The notes: a model not told the origin generated them from the letters alone. A stretch of DNA of 64,000 nucleotides from Escherichia coli (GCF_003018235.1 NZ_CP027437.1); one strand, 5' to 3'; numbered from the stretch's first letter, positions 8,247 through 18,471 are shown. A program made the numbers and translations.

Positions 8247-9021
8247 TAAGCTAGATGAGCCAAATCGGCTTGGTGTGTTCAAGGCTACTCATCCTAATGC
8301 TTTGTGGGAGAGGGATAAAAACTCAATTGAAGAGGCTTTCCGTTGTTGCATTGCCAGATATCAAGAAACTCTACAACAATTACGTACGGACCAAGGTAAT
8401 TTATGTGCATATTGTGAACAGGATTTAATGTCTGGAACTAATGGGGCATTAGATGACTGCCGTATTGAGCATTTTCATCCGAAATCTAAACGTGAACAGG
8501 GAGAACCTAATTGGGCTTTGGAATGGAGCAATTTGTTAGTTGTTTGCTGTGGCGGAAATCAAAGTAAAGTTGTTAATCCTGGGCAAAGATTTGATGCTGA
8601 TCCCAAAAATTACTCTTGCGATGTACCAAAGAGTGACAAAATTTTAGATACCATTATATTAAATCCACTTAATTTACCTGAATTAAATATCTGGAAGTTT
8701 CATCGTTCTTCGGGGCAAATTTCCGTAAATGAAGATTCCTGTTTAGAATTTGGTATAAGTGTTGAAATGGCACACCAAACAATTAAAGAATTGAATTTAA
8801 ATTCCCCTCGATTAATTAGATTTCGAAAGGCTATTCTAAATAATCTCAACATTTTAATAACAGAAAGGCTGAAGAAGGGACAAACGGTAGAGCAAGCTGT
8901 TAGATTTATTGCCATATCACTCTTTAGAAAAAATGGAGCAGGTGATTGGCCCTCTTTTTTTAGTGCAACACGATATTATTTAGGTCAGCAGGCTGAGCTT
9001 GTTTTAGCCCAACCTATTTAA
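8227..9021 (+). CDS. HNH nuclease (Septu PtuB-like)
   Basis: Motif CAYCEQD...DDCRIEHFHPKS...WSNLLVVCCGGN; start (GTG 8227 or ATG 8233) overlaps the stop of the upstream ATPase gene, indicating an operon. Confidence 0.7.
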   Translation: MAMKKINKLDEPNRLGVFKATHPNALWERDKNSIEEAFRCCIARYQETLQQLRTDQGNLCAYCEQDLMSGTNGALDDCRIEHFHPKSKREQGEPNWALEWSNLLVVCCGGNQSKVVNPGQRFDADPKNYSCDVPKSDKILDTIILNPLNLPELNIWKFHRSSGQISVNEDSCLEFGISVEMAHQTIKELNLNSPRLIRFRKAILNNLNILITERLKKGQTVEQAVRFIAISLFRKNGAGDWPSFFSATRYYLGQQAELVLAQPI

Positions 9022-9040
9022 CATACTTTCAACTAGTTAG

Positions 9041-9063
9041 AGAGGCTGCTTTTGGCAGCCTCT
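9041..9063. terminator. Hairpin between convergent operons (agaggctgcttttggcagcctct)
   Basis: Perfect stem agaggctgc/gcagcctct with T-rich loop, located between the stop at 9021 (+) and the stop at 9082 (-). Confidence 0.4.
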
Positions 9064-9081
9064 TGCAGAGTGCAGAATCGA

Positions 9082-10515
9082 CTACAGGGGCGATGCTAGC
9101 TCAGAGAACCAAGCGTGAACTGATCTGTAAAATGTGCTGATTGACCAAAACTCACTGCATGCAGCAACTAACAGAATGACCACTAAGAGGATCACTACAG
9201 TAGAAGTCATTCTTTCCACACGGCAGTATGATCCCATCGCATCTTTTACAGGTTGTCTAGCCAGTTCCTGATAATCCAGCTCATCCAGAAATCCGTATAA
9301 TTTAGTTCTCCAGGTGGTTCTAACTCTTTCAAGTAATGAAATTGTTTGCCTATTAATATAGACAGACATTCCATAGGAAATAACTATATAAACCGCGATA
9401 GCACAAAAAACCAAAGCGTAAATATTTTGCAAACCAACTGATTTTACTGCATCCAGACTGTAGCGAATAACCAAGACACTAATTACAAGAGCCATATCTT
9501 TCCATAAGGAAGAGGACAAATCTCGGGATTGCTGAATGATCTTTTGTGTATCTTCAGCCAGCGTTTTCCGCAAATCACCCAAGGATTTCATAGTATCTTT
9601 ACCACCAGTCCTGATATGGGCCTTATACATTAACCGTGCAGACTCCAAAGCTGATGAGAGTCGAAGCATCACTCCCTCACAAAAGTTCAGGTCTGAAGGC
9701 CACTCTCTAGCCAGCTCGCTGGACAAAAACGTATGTTTCAGCTCAGTTTCATTCCCCTCTAGAAAAATCCACTTTGCCGCTTCCTGGATAATATCAAAAG
9801 CAGGTAACGCTGCCGTCTCATCGCCGAATGCTATTTTTCTGGGAGGCTTTCCCGCAAGCCCCACCATCATTTCGTCAGCAAAAAAAAGTTCATTTGCAAA
9901 ACATTTCAGCAACTCTCGGCATCCTAGCAATTTCCATATCTTGATTGCTTCATCAGTCTTCTCACTACAAGTTTCAAGTATCCAAGGGGCAATGGCATCT
10001 GGAGGAAGAAAAGTTGTTGAATAACATTTGATGATACTTTTTGTTACTGAAGGCTTAGTGATAGCTGTTGCATCACCAGCACTCACCGGCTGTATCTCCT
10101 TCCATGGATGCACATACCAACTTATTGTCTGAAAGCCTTCAGTAATAAACAGCCCATAAATATGTTTGTACCGACAGAGTTTGCTATCTTGAAGTAAAAA
10201 AGTGCGCCATCCTTCTAAGGTAAAAAGCCTCAGTATCCCCGGAATTTCATTATAAGTGATGGTAATGTAGTGCTTCTGCCCTGGGACCCCCTCTCTCGGA
10301 TGAATAACATCTCTGCTCTCATCGATAAAAACGATCTTGAGATCTTCCGCATGTACATCCACTATTTCTCCCCATAAATCAAGGGATTCACTATCCATTG
10401 TGGCGGAAATAAAAAGCTTATGGATAGACACCTGCTGGTCCTCTGTGATCACAAGGTCAGATAAATGTCGTGAGTGGCATATAGCCTTACCGATTTTTTC
10501 CAATATCGATATCAT
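9082..10515 (-). CDS. Hypothetical protein with C-terminal transmembrane helices (477 aa)
   Basis: Long ORF; C-terminal hydrophobic segments (IYALVFCAIAVYIVISYGMSVYI and STVVILLVVILLVAACSEFWSI); 29-nt overlap with the upstream gene; no recognisable catalytic motif. Confidence 0.55.
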   Translation of the reverse strand: MISILEKIGKAICHSRHLSDLVITEDQQVSIHKLFISATMDSESLDLWGEIVDVHAEDLKIVFIDESRDVIHPREGVPGQKHYITITYNEIPGILRLFTLEGWRTFLLQDSKLCRYKHIYGLFITEGFQTISWYVHPWKEIQPVSAGDATAITKPSVTKSIIKCYSTTFLPPDAIAPWILETCSEKTDEAIKIWKLLGCRELLKCFANELFFADEMMVGLAGKPPRKIAFGDETAALPAFDIIQEAAKWIFLEGNETELKHTFLSSELAREWPSDLNFCEGVMLRLSSALESARLMYKAHIRTGGKDTMKSLGDLRKTLAEDTQKIIQQSRDLSSSLWKDMALVISVLVIRYSLDAVKSVGLQNIYALVFCAIAVYIVISYGMSVYINRQTISLLERVRTTWRTKLYGFLDELDYQELARQPVKDAMGSYCRVERMTSTVVILLVVILLVAACSEFWSISTFYRSVHAWFSELASPL

Positions 10516-11548
10516 CTGTTACCAATCCTGCAGTCACAATTACAATTCGTTTTCGCCCGTCTTCCATATTTTCTACTTCTGGTGCATTGTCTTCATCGTA
10601 GATAATGATTACATCTTCCAATGTTTCCAGTTTTCTCTTCCGGGGCTTCTGAATGTTATCGGGAATGATGCGGAAAGATTCACCTGAAATTCCTAAATCC
10701 TTTATTTTACGAAAAAAATACTTAACCAGAGGGTGTTCTTCCTCCAAAGGACCAAAAATCTGGGTCAACAATGGCAGTGCTTCATCAGTATTAAAATCCT
10801 GTTCGCCATGGCGTAAAGTTTCATAAATTTTGTTTACTCCGCTGCGCTTGATCTCTTCAGGTAGTAAGTTTCGATGCTTTTTATATACATCTTTTAATAC
10901 AGTAACTAGCTTATCGCTGAGCTGAGTTGGGTCATTGACGCGCTTAACCTGTAGAAATCGTTCAAAATAGACAGAGATGTTAGTACGTTTGCTGCGATCT
11001 CGTACGACAACTAATCCGCCCGGCAAATCTTCATTCAGCCGTACCAGTGCGATTTTCTGCATGGCTTCGGCTTTTTTAACGAAACTTTCGCGAAAGCGTT
11101 CGAGTTTAGGTACCTGAAACTCATCTCCTTCAACATCCAGCACATAACGGACTACATCTTCATTGTCATACTTAATCAACGCATACAGTTTCTCATCGTT
11201 GAGTGTATGAAGTTCAAAAAGGAAAAAAACGCCCATACTGGCATTCTTGGTATGGTGGTGAGACTGAAAATCGCTTGCCAATAAGGAGGATTGCTCAGTA
11301 AAGCAGCCGATATCGGTGTCTGCATGTTCCCTGATGATCCTCAGGATTCGCTCTGTATTTGACAACTCCTTAAAATGAAACATATTGCCACTAACTGCAG
11401 ATTTGATACGTTCCAGAAAGAAATCAACATGCTCCGGAGGGGAAATTTCGCTGAGTAAAACAGGGACTTCCAACTCACCGCCAACCACATGAAAAATCAT
11501 CCTTTTTATTGATAATGCATTGATTTCTTCATCCGTTAAAAAACTCAT
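10487..11548 (-). CDS. Hypothetical protein (353 aa), weak resemblance to NdpA/YejK-type nucleoid-associated proteins
   Basis: Long ORF first in a two-gene operon; size and scattered sequence patterns recall YejK, but this is an unverified impression. Confidence 0.5.
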   Translation of the reverse strand: MSFLTDEEINALSIKRMIFHVVGGELEVPVLLSEISPPEHVDFFLERIKSAVSGNMFHFKELSNTERILRIIREHADTDIGCFTEQSSLLASDFQSHHHTKNASMGVFFLFELHTLNDEKLYALIKYDNEDVVRYVLDVEGDEFQVPKLERFRESFVKKAEAMQKIALVRLNEDLPGGLVVVRDRSKRTNISVYFERFLQVKRVNDPTQLSDKLVTVLKDVYKKHRNLLPEEIKRSGVNKIYETLRHGEQDFNTDEALPLLTQIFGPLEEEHPLVKYFFRKIKDLGISGESFRIIPDNIQKPRKRKLETLEDVIIIYDEDNAPEVENMEDGRKRIVIVTAGLVTDDIDIGKNR

Positions 11549-11744
11549 TTTTATTTCTCAATATAGTGTTTATATTTACTACCGTGAGCCATCTTACCTA
11601 AGCGTAGAACGTGGCGGAAAACACGATAACATTATTGCATAGCTTACGGCGTAACTTATCCTCGCCCCAGACAGAATAAACGTCAAAATAAAATAATGAA
11701 AATATGATCGAGACAGCATTAGCTGCCCCGCTTTCTTAGACTTT

Positions 11745-12998
11745 TTACATTATTAGGGCAAAATCAAACGGACTCACCCCCTTCTCCCGATTCGCATCCA
11801 GATAATTTGCCCACCACTGCAGCATCAACCTACGCTCCCCAAGATGTTCCGCCTTATGGATGTATGCCGCCCGCACAGAGCTACGCTCCTGATGGCTCAT
11901 CTGCCGCTCCACTGCATTCCTCGACCACAATCCTGATTCAATAAGTGAACTACAGGCCATCGTCCTGAAACCATGCCCACAGACTTCCGTTTTGGTGTCA
12001 TAGCCCATAACTCGCAAAGCCTTGTTCACCGTATTCTCACTCATCGGCTTATGCGGATCGTGATCGCCCACAAAAATCAGCTCTCGATTTCCATTCATGC
12101 TTTTGATCTTTTCCAAAATAGCTAAGGCCTGCCGCGATAAGGGTACAAGATGGGGAGTTCGCATCTTCGAACCACGCTGAGAATGTTTAACACCGTCCAA
12201 CGGTTCACGCTCACCGGGGATCGTCCACATGGCCGTTTCAAAATCCACTTCTGACCAACGGGCAAAGCGCAGTTCGCTTGAACGGATGAAAACTAACAAA
12301 GTGAGTTCGACAGCCAGTCGAGTTAACGGCCTGCCGGAGTAATGATCAATGCGGTGAAGTAATTCAGGTATGCGGTTAAGCTCCAGAGCCGCACGATGCT
12401 GTCTTTTAGCAGTAGCAACCGCACCGGTAATCTCTTGCGCGGGGTTGTAGTCGATTAAGCCGCTCTGAACGGCAAAGCGCATAATCGCGGTAGTTCGCTG
12501 CTGTAAACGGGCGGCGACTTCAAGACGTCCGGATGACTCCACCGCTTTAATGGGTACAAGAAGATCCCGAGTCTTAAGCTCTGCAATGTTCCGCTTACCG
12601 ATAGCAGCAAAGAGATTATCTTCTAGGCTTTTCAATACACGAGCACTATGCGATGCAGACCACTTCTGATTACTGGCATGCCAGTCTCTGACGACCACTT
12701 CAAACGTTATCGCCTCTTGCTCCTGTTCTACCTTAACCGCTTTCTTGTTTTCACTGGGATCGACGCCGTTCGCTAAAAGCTTACGCGCTTCGTCTCGCCG
12801 CGATCGAGCATCAGCTAACGAAACTTCAGGATACTTCCCTAGCGCCAGCATCTTCTCTTTACCACCGAAACGATAACGAAGCCGCCAGTATTTGGAGCCG
12901 TTAGGGTGAACCAGCAAAACCATGCCTTCACCATCAGTAAGTTTATAGGCTTTTGCTTCAGGCTTTGCCGAACGAACCTTCACATCACTCAGAGCCAT
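11745..12998 (-). CDS. P4-type tyrosine integrase (IntB-like), apparently intact
   Basis: Translation MALSDVKVRSAKPEAKAYKLTDGEGMVLLVHPNGSKYWRLRYRFGGKEK... matches P4/CP4-like integrases and ends with a tyrosine-recombinase C-terminus; adjacent to tRNA-Leu 3-prime end. Confidence 0.85.
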   Translation of the reverse strand: MALSDVKVRSAKPEAKAYKLTDGEGMVLLVHPNGSKYWRLRYRFGGKEKMLALGKYPEVSLADARSRRDEARKLLANGVDPSENKKAVKVEQEQEAITFEVVVRDWHASNQKWSASHSARVLKSLEDNLFAAIGKRNIAELKTRDLLVPIKAVESSGRLEVAARLQQRTTAIMRFAVQSGLIDYNPAQEITGAVATAKRQHRAALELNRIPELLHRIDHYSGRPLTRLAVELTLLVFIRSSELRFARWSEVDFETAMWTIPGEREPLDGVKHSQRGSKMRTPHLVPLSRQALAILEKIKSMNGNRELIFVGDHDPHKPMSENTVNKALRVMGYDTKTEVCGHGFRTMACSSLIESGLWSRNAVERQMSHQERSSVRAAYIHKAEHLGERRLMLQWWANYLDANREKGVSPFDFALIM

Positions 12999-13196
12999 GA
13001 TGAATATCCTTTCAAGGGTTCTGTGTGGGTACAAACATTATCGAACCGGGATATACCCGCAGTTGTACCCGCATCAGTAAGTTGATGTAGATTGAATCAG
13101 GTTGACTTAGGTTGAGTGAAAAAGCGAGGAAAGCCTTGCGGATACTGGATTTCAGGCATAAAAAAAGACCTCAGTTGAGGTCTATTTACATACTTA

Positions 13197-13281
13197 TGGT
13201 GCCGAAGGCCGGACTCGAACCGGCACGTATTTCTACGGTTGATTTTGAATCAACTGCGTCTACCGATTTCGCCACTTCGGC
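13197..13281 (-). tRNA. leuX: tRNA-Leu (CAA)
   Basis: Reverse complement reads GCCGAAGTGGCGAAATCGGTAGACGCAGTTGATTCAAAATCAACCGTAGAAATACGTGCCGGTTCGAGTCCGGCCTTCGGCACCA, with cloverleaf features and a long variable arm. Confidence 0.9.
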
Positions 13282-13476
13282 ACTGAAGAGGTATGCGGAA
13301 AACGTTGTGGATTATACCTGTCGCACGCCACCATGCAAGCGCCAGCTTGCTCGCACCTCGCTAAGTGCTGAAATTTTCAGCATTGCATACAGTGATGTGT
13401 AACCTTTGTCACACTCCAGGCACCCCGCCCTGCCATGCTCTACACTTCCCAGACAACACCAGAGAAGGACCAAAAA

Positions 13477-14496
13477 ATGTCGATGATAAAAAGCTATGCT
13501 GCAAAAGAAGCGGGCGGCGAACTGGAAGTTTATGAGTACGATCCCGGTGAACTGAAGCCACAAGATGTTGAAGTGCAGGTGGATTACTGCGGGATCTGTC
13601 ATTCCGATCTGTCAATGATCGATAACGAATGGGGATTTTCACAATATCCACTGGTTGCCGGGCATGAGGTGATTGGTCGCGTAGTGGCGCTCGGGAGTGC
13701 CGCGCAGGATAAAGGTTTGCAGGTCGGTCAGCGTGTCGGGATTGGCTGGACGGCACGCAGCTGCGGGCATTGCGATGCCTGTATTAGCGGTAATCAGATC
13801 AACTGCGAGCAAGGTGCGGTGCCGACGATTATGAATCGCGGTGGCTTTGCCGAGAAGTTGCGTGCGGACTGGCAATGGGTGATTCCACTGCCAGAAAATA
13901 TCGACATTGAATCTGCCGGACCGCTGTTGTGCGGCGGTATCACGGTCTTTAAACCGCTGTTGATGCACCATATCACTGCCACCAGCCGCGTTGGGGTAAT
14001 TGGTATTGGCGGGCTGGGGCATATAGCTATAAAACTTCTGCACGCAATGGGATGCGAGGTGACAGCCTTTAGTTCTAATCCGGCGAAAGAGCAGGAAGTG
14101 CTGGCGATGGGTGCCGATAAAGTGGTGAATAGCCGCGATCCACAGGCACTGAAAGCACTGGCGGGGCAGTTTGATCTCATTATCAACACCGTCAACGTCA
14201 GCCTCGACTGGCAGCCTTATTTTGAGGCGCTGACGTATGGCGGTAATTTCCACACCGTCGGTGCGGTTCTCACGCCGTTGCCGGTTCCGGCCTTTACGCT
14301 GATTGCGGGCGATCGCAGTGTCTCTGGCTCTGCTACCGGCACGCCCTATGAGTTGCGTAAGCTGATGCGCTTTGCCGCCCGCAGCAAGGTTGCGCCGACC
14401 ACCGAACTGTTCCCGATGTCGAAAATTAACGACGCCATCCAGCATGTGCGCGACGGTAAGGCGTGTTACCGCGTGGTTCTGAAAGCCGACTTCTGA
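13477..14496 (+). CDS. ahr: NADPH-dependent aldehyde reductase (YjgB)
   Basis: Translation from [22 protein letters not shown]... with zinc-ADH motif GHEVIGRV. Confidence 0.9.
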   Translation: MSMIKSYAAKEAGGELEVYEYDPGELKPQDVEVQVDYCGICHSDLSMIDNEWGFSQYPLVAGHEVIGRVVALGSAAQDKGLQVGQRVGIGWTARSCGHCDACISGNQINCEQGAVPTIMNRGGFAEKLRADWQWVIPLPENIDIESAGPLLCGGITVFKPLLMHHITATSRVGVIGIGGLGHIAIKLLHAMGCEVTAFSSNPAKEQEVLAMGADKVVNSRDPQALKALAGQFDLIINTVNVSLDWQPYFEALTYGGNFHTVGAVLTPLPVPAFTLIAGDRSVSGSATGTPYELRKLMRFAARSKVAPTTELFPMSKINDAIQHVRDGKACYRVVLKADF

Positions 14497-14625
14497 TCCC
14501 TTTGCCGGGTGCCTGTCGCCCGGCGTTTAAATCTCTTTGGAAGGCGTCTCGCAATCTGCTGAATTTAGCGGTGAAGAGTGCGCAGCCGTTGCCTATACTC
14601 CAGGCAGGAAACTGGAGGATATCTC

Positions 14626-16128
14626 ATGAGCGAACCCCTGTTAATTGCCCGCACGTCGGACACAGAACTGTTTTTATTGCCGGGAATGGCGAATCGTCAC
14701 GGGCTGATTACTGGCGCAACGGGGACGGGTAAAACCGTTACGCTGCAAAAGCTGGCGGAGTCATTGTCGGAAATCGGTGTTCCGGTGTTTATGGCCGATG
14801 TGAAAGGTGATTTAACGGGAGTTGCGGAGGAAGGTACATCTTCGGAAAAACTGCTCGCAAGGCTTAAAAATATCGGCGTAAATGACTGGCAACCTCATGC
14901 TAATCCGGTGGTGGTGTGGGATATCTTTGGCGAGAAAGGCCACCCAGTGCGGGCGACGGTTTCGGATTTGGGGCCTCTGTTGCTGGCGCGACTGTTGAAT
15001 CTCAACGATGTGCAATCTGGCGTGCTGAATATTATCTTCCGCATTGCGGACGATCAGGGATTGTTGCTGCTCGACTTTAAAGATTTGCGGGCGATTACCC
15101 AGTACATCGGCGATAACGCCAAATCCTTCCAGAATCAGTACGGTAATATCAGTAGCGCATCGGTTGGTGCCATCCAGCGCGGGCTGTTATCGCTGGAACA
15201 GCAAGGCGCGGCGCACTTTTTTGGTGAGCCGATGCTGGATATCAAAGACTGGATGCGTACCGATGCCAACGGTAAAGGCGTTATCAATATCCTCAGCGCC
15301 GAGAAGCTTTATCAGATGCCGAAACTGTACGCCGCCAGCCTGCTGTGGATGCTTTCAGAGTTATATGAACAATTGCCTGAAGCGGGCGATCTGGAGAAAC
15401 CAAAACTGGTGTTTTTCTTCGACGAAGCACATCTGCTGTTTAACGATGCGCCACAGGTACTGCTGGATAAGATTGAGCAGGTGATAAGGCTTATTCGCTC
15501 AAAAGGCGTGGGCGTCTGGTTCGTTTCGCAAAACCCGTCAGATATTCCGGATAATGTGCTCGGACAGCTAGGTAATCGCGTTCAACACGCTTTGCGGGCT
15601 TTTACGCCCAAAGATCAGAAAGCAGTAAAAGCTGCGGCGCAAACCATGCGGGCCAATCCGGCGTTTGATACCGAAAAGGCAATCCAGGAACTGGGGATCG
15701 GCGAGGCGTTAATCTCGTTTCTCGATGCGAAAGGAAGCCCTTCAGTGGTGGAACGGGCGATGGTGATTGCCCCCTGTTCACGAATGGGGCCGGTGACGGA
15801 AGATGAGCGTAATGGCTTGATTAATCACTCCCCGGTGTATGGCAAGTACGAGGATGACGTGGACCGGGAATCCGCCTATGAGATGTTGCAAAAAGGCTTT
15901 CAGGCCAGTACCGAGCAGCAAAATAATCCTCCCGCGAAAGGGAAAGAGGTGGCGGTGGATGACGGTATTCTTGGTGGATTGAAGGATATTTTGTTTGGCA
16001 CTACCGGACCACGCGGCGGGAAGAAAGATGGTGTGGTGCAAACAATGGCGAAAAGCGCCGCCCGCCAGGTGACGAATCAGATTGTGCGTGGGATGTTGGG
16101 GAGTTTGCTGGGGGGGAGAAAAAGGTAA
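14626..16128 (+). CDS. yjgR: DUF853-family P-loop NTPase YjgR
   Basis: Translation from [12 protein letters not shown]... with Walker A GATGTGKT. Confidence 0.88.
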   Translation: MSEPLLIARTSDTELFLLPGMANRHGLITGATGTGKTVTLQKLAESLSEIGVPVFMADVKGDLTGVAEEGTSSEKLLARLKNIGVNDWQPHANPVVVWDIFGEKGHPVRATVSDLGPLLLARLLNLNDVQSGVLNIIFRIADDQGLLLLDFKDLRAITQYIGDNAKSFQNQYGNISSASVGAIQRGLLSLEQQGAAHFFGEPMLDIKDWMRTDANGKGVINILSAEKLYQMPKLYAASLLWMLSELYEQLPEAGDLEKPKLVFFFDEAHLLFNDAPQVLLDKIEQVIRLIRSKGVGVWFVSQNPSDIPDNVLGQLGNRVQHALRAFTPKDQKAVKAAAQTMRANPAFDTEKAIQELGIGEALISFLDAKGSPSVVERAMVIAPCSRMGPVTEDERNGLINHSPVYGKYEDDVDRESAYEMLQKGFQASTEQQNNPPAKGKEVAVDDGILGGLKDILFGTTGPRGGKKDGVVQTMAKSAARQVTNQIVRGMLGSLLGGRKR

Positions 16129-16288
16129 GTCAGGTGCGATTTGTCTTTGCCTGATGCGACGCTGGCGCGCTTTATCATGCCTAAACTACTGCAATATATT
16201 GAATTTTCATGATTTTTCAGGCATGAACGAAGCACACTTTGCTAACAATAATAAAGGGAGCTTTCGCTCCCTTTATTCGTTCATCAGG

Positions 16289-17371
16289 TTACGATTTTCT
16301 CATTAACAGCCACAGGCTGATTAAGAAGAAGCTGGCGCTTGGCAACAGTGCGCCGATGATCGGCGGGATGCCATAAACCAACGTCAGCGGGCCGAAGATC
16401 TGGTCCAGTACGTAGAAGACAAAACCGAAGCTAATACCAGTGACCACACGCACGCCCATCGGTACGCTACGCAGTGGGCCAAAGATGAACGACAGCGCCA
16501 TCAGCATCATCACCGCCACGGATAGCGGCTGGAAGATTTTGCTCCACATGTTGAGCTGATAACGTCCGGCATCCTGACCGCTCGACTTCAGATACTTCAC
16601 ATAGTTGTGCAAACCGCTGATAGAGAGTGCATCCGGGTCCAGCGCCACCACGCCCAGTTTGTCTGGCGTGAGGTTGGTTTTCCAGGTGCCGCTCACCGTC
16701 TGCGAACCGGTGATCTGTTTCGGATTGGTCAAATCAGATTCATCAACCTGCGACAGACGCCAGACTTTATGTTCCGGGTCAAACTTCGCGGTAGCGGCAT
16801 AGCGTACGGATTGCAGACGACGATTCTCGTTAAAGGCATAAATACTGATGCCACCTAACTCTTCGTCACCTTTAACCCGCTCAATGTAGACGAAGTTGTT
16901 GCCATCTTTCGCCCATAAACCTTGCTGGGTAGAGAGCAACGAGCCGCCGTACATCGCCTGCGCACGGTAGTTACGCGCCATCTGCTCGCCCTGCGGCGCG
17001 ACCCATTCACCAATCGCCATCGTCAGCAAGACCAGCGGAATGGCGGTTTTCATCACCGACAGCGCAACCTGCATACGGGTAAAACCAGAAGCCTGCATCA
17101 CCACCAGTTCGCTGCGCTGCGCCAGCATCCCAAGACCAAGCAACGCCCCAAGCAGAGCCGCCATCGGGAAGAAGATTTGCACATCTTTCGGCACGCTCAG
17201 CAAGGTATACATTCCTGCGCCTAACGCGTCGTAACTCCCCTGCCCGGCTTTTTTCAGCTGATCGACAAATTTGATAATGCCCGACAGCGACACCAGCATG
17301 AACAGCGTCATCATGATGGTGGTGAAAATAGTTTTACCGATATAGCGGTCAAGTACGCCAAAAGGTTGCAT
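16289..17371 (-). CDS. lptG: LPS export ABC permease LptG
   Basis: Translation MQPFGVLDRYIGKTIF...; overlaps lptF stop. Confidence 0.92.
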   Translation of the reverse strand: MQPFGVLDRYIGKTIFTTIMMTLFMLVSLSGIIKFVDQLKKAGQGSYDALGAGMYTLLSVPKDVQIFFPMAALLGALLGLGMLAQRSELVVMQASGFTRMQVALSVMKTAIPLVLLTMAIGEWVAPQGEQMARNYRAQAMYGGSLLSTQQGLWAKDGNNFVYIERVKGDEELGGISIYAFNENRRLQSVRYAATAKFDPEHKVWRLSQVDESDLTNPKQITGSQTVSGTWKTNLTPDKLGVVALDPDALSISGLHNYVKYLKSSGQDAGRYQLNMWSKIFQPLSVAVMMLMALSFIFGPLRSVPMGVRVVTGISFGFVFYVLDQIFGPLTLVYGIPPIIGALLPSASFFLISLWLLMRKS

Positions 17372-18471
17372 CACACCGCTCCTTTACGCGAAAAACTGGC
17401 GCGCAGGCGGCGGACCGGCACGGTGTCCCAAAGGTTGAGAACAATCGCCAAAGCCAGATAAATCAGGTTAACGGTCCACATCCACAGCGTCGGGTCCAGC
17501 TTACCTTTACCACCGTTCGATTTCAGGGAGGTCTGGATCAGGAAGAAAAGTAGATACAGCAGCATGGCTGGCAGCATCGACAGTACGCGTCCCTGACGCG
17601 GGTTAACCACGCTCAGCGGTACGACCATAAGCGCCATCATAAACACGGTGAATACCAACGTGATACGCCAGTTCAGTTCTGCGCGGGCACGATCGGTGTC
17701 AGTGTTCCACAATGTGCGCATGTCCATCTGGTCGGTATCGTTCGGGTCGAGCGCCACCGCCTGGTGACCAATGATCGCCTGATAATCCTGGAAATCCGTA
17801 ATGCGGAAATCACGTAACAGTGCAGTGCCTTCGAAGCGCGTTCCCTGGTTGAGAGTGACGACCTGGGAGCCGTCGCGCAGCTGGGTTAAATGTCCGGAAT
17901 CGGCCACCACCACAGAAGGACGTGCATTACCTTTTGGTCGAATTTGCGCGAGGAACACATCTTTGAAATCGCTGCCGTCAACGCTTTCGATGAACAGCAC
18001 CGAGCTGCCATTAGTCGCTTGCTGGAATTGCCCTTGCGCCAGCGCCGCCATGCCAGGGTTCGCTTTCGCTTCTGCTAACACTTCATCCTGATGACGCGAT
18101 GACCACGGTCCCGCCCACATCACGTTAACCGCCGCGACGATTGCCGTGAATACCGCAAGGATCATTGCCGCTTTCACCAGAACCGCTTTGCTCAGGCCGC
18201 AGGCATGCATTACCGTAATTTCACTTTCGGTATACAGTTTGCCCAGCGTCATCAGCAGCCCGAGGAACAGGCTTAATGGCAGGATAAGCTGCGCCATTTC
18301 CGGCACGCCCAACCCGAGAAGGGAGAGCACCAGATTCGCCGGAATATCGCCGTCAACCGCTGCGCCGAGGATCCTCACTAACTTTTGACAGAAGAAGATC
18401 AAAAGCAAGATGAAGAGTATCGCCAGCTGGCTTTTGAGCGTCTCCCGCACCAGATATCTTATGATTATCAC
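17371..18471 (-). CDS. lptF: LPS export ABC permease LptF
   Basis: Translation MIIIRYLVRETLKSQLAILF... Confidence 0.92.
   Translation of the reverse strand: MIIIRYLVRETLKSQLAILFILLLIFFCQKLVRILGAAVDGDIPANLVLSLLGLGVPEMAQLILPLSLFLGLLMTLGKLYTESEITVMHACGLSKAVLVKAAMILAVFTAIVAAVNVMWAGPWSSRHQDEVLAEAKANPGMAALAQGQFQQATNGSSVLFIESVDGSDFKDVFLAQIRPKGNARPSVVVADSGHLTQLRDGSQVVTLNQGTRFEGTALLRDFRITDFQDYQAIIGHQAVALDPNDTDQMDMRTLWNTDTDRARAELNWRITLVFTVFMMALMVVPLSVVNPRQGRVLSMLPAMLLYLLFFLIQTSLKSNGGKGKLDPTLWMWTVNLIYLALAIVLNLWDTVPVRRLRASFSRKGAV

Noticed and set aside
9536-10024. 162-aa ORF on the plus strand
   Set aside because: Antisense inside the 477-aa membrane-protein gene; the longer frame with TM helices is the better call.
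13112-13402. 96-aa ORF on the plus strand
   Set aside because: Overlaps the leuX tRNA gene on the opposite strand; the tRNA is the real feature.
13639-14445. 268-aa ORF on the minus strand
   Set aside because: Antisense within ahr; no start context or motifs.
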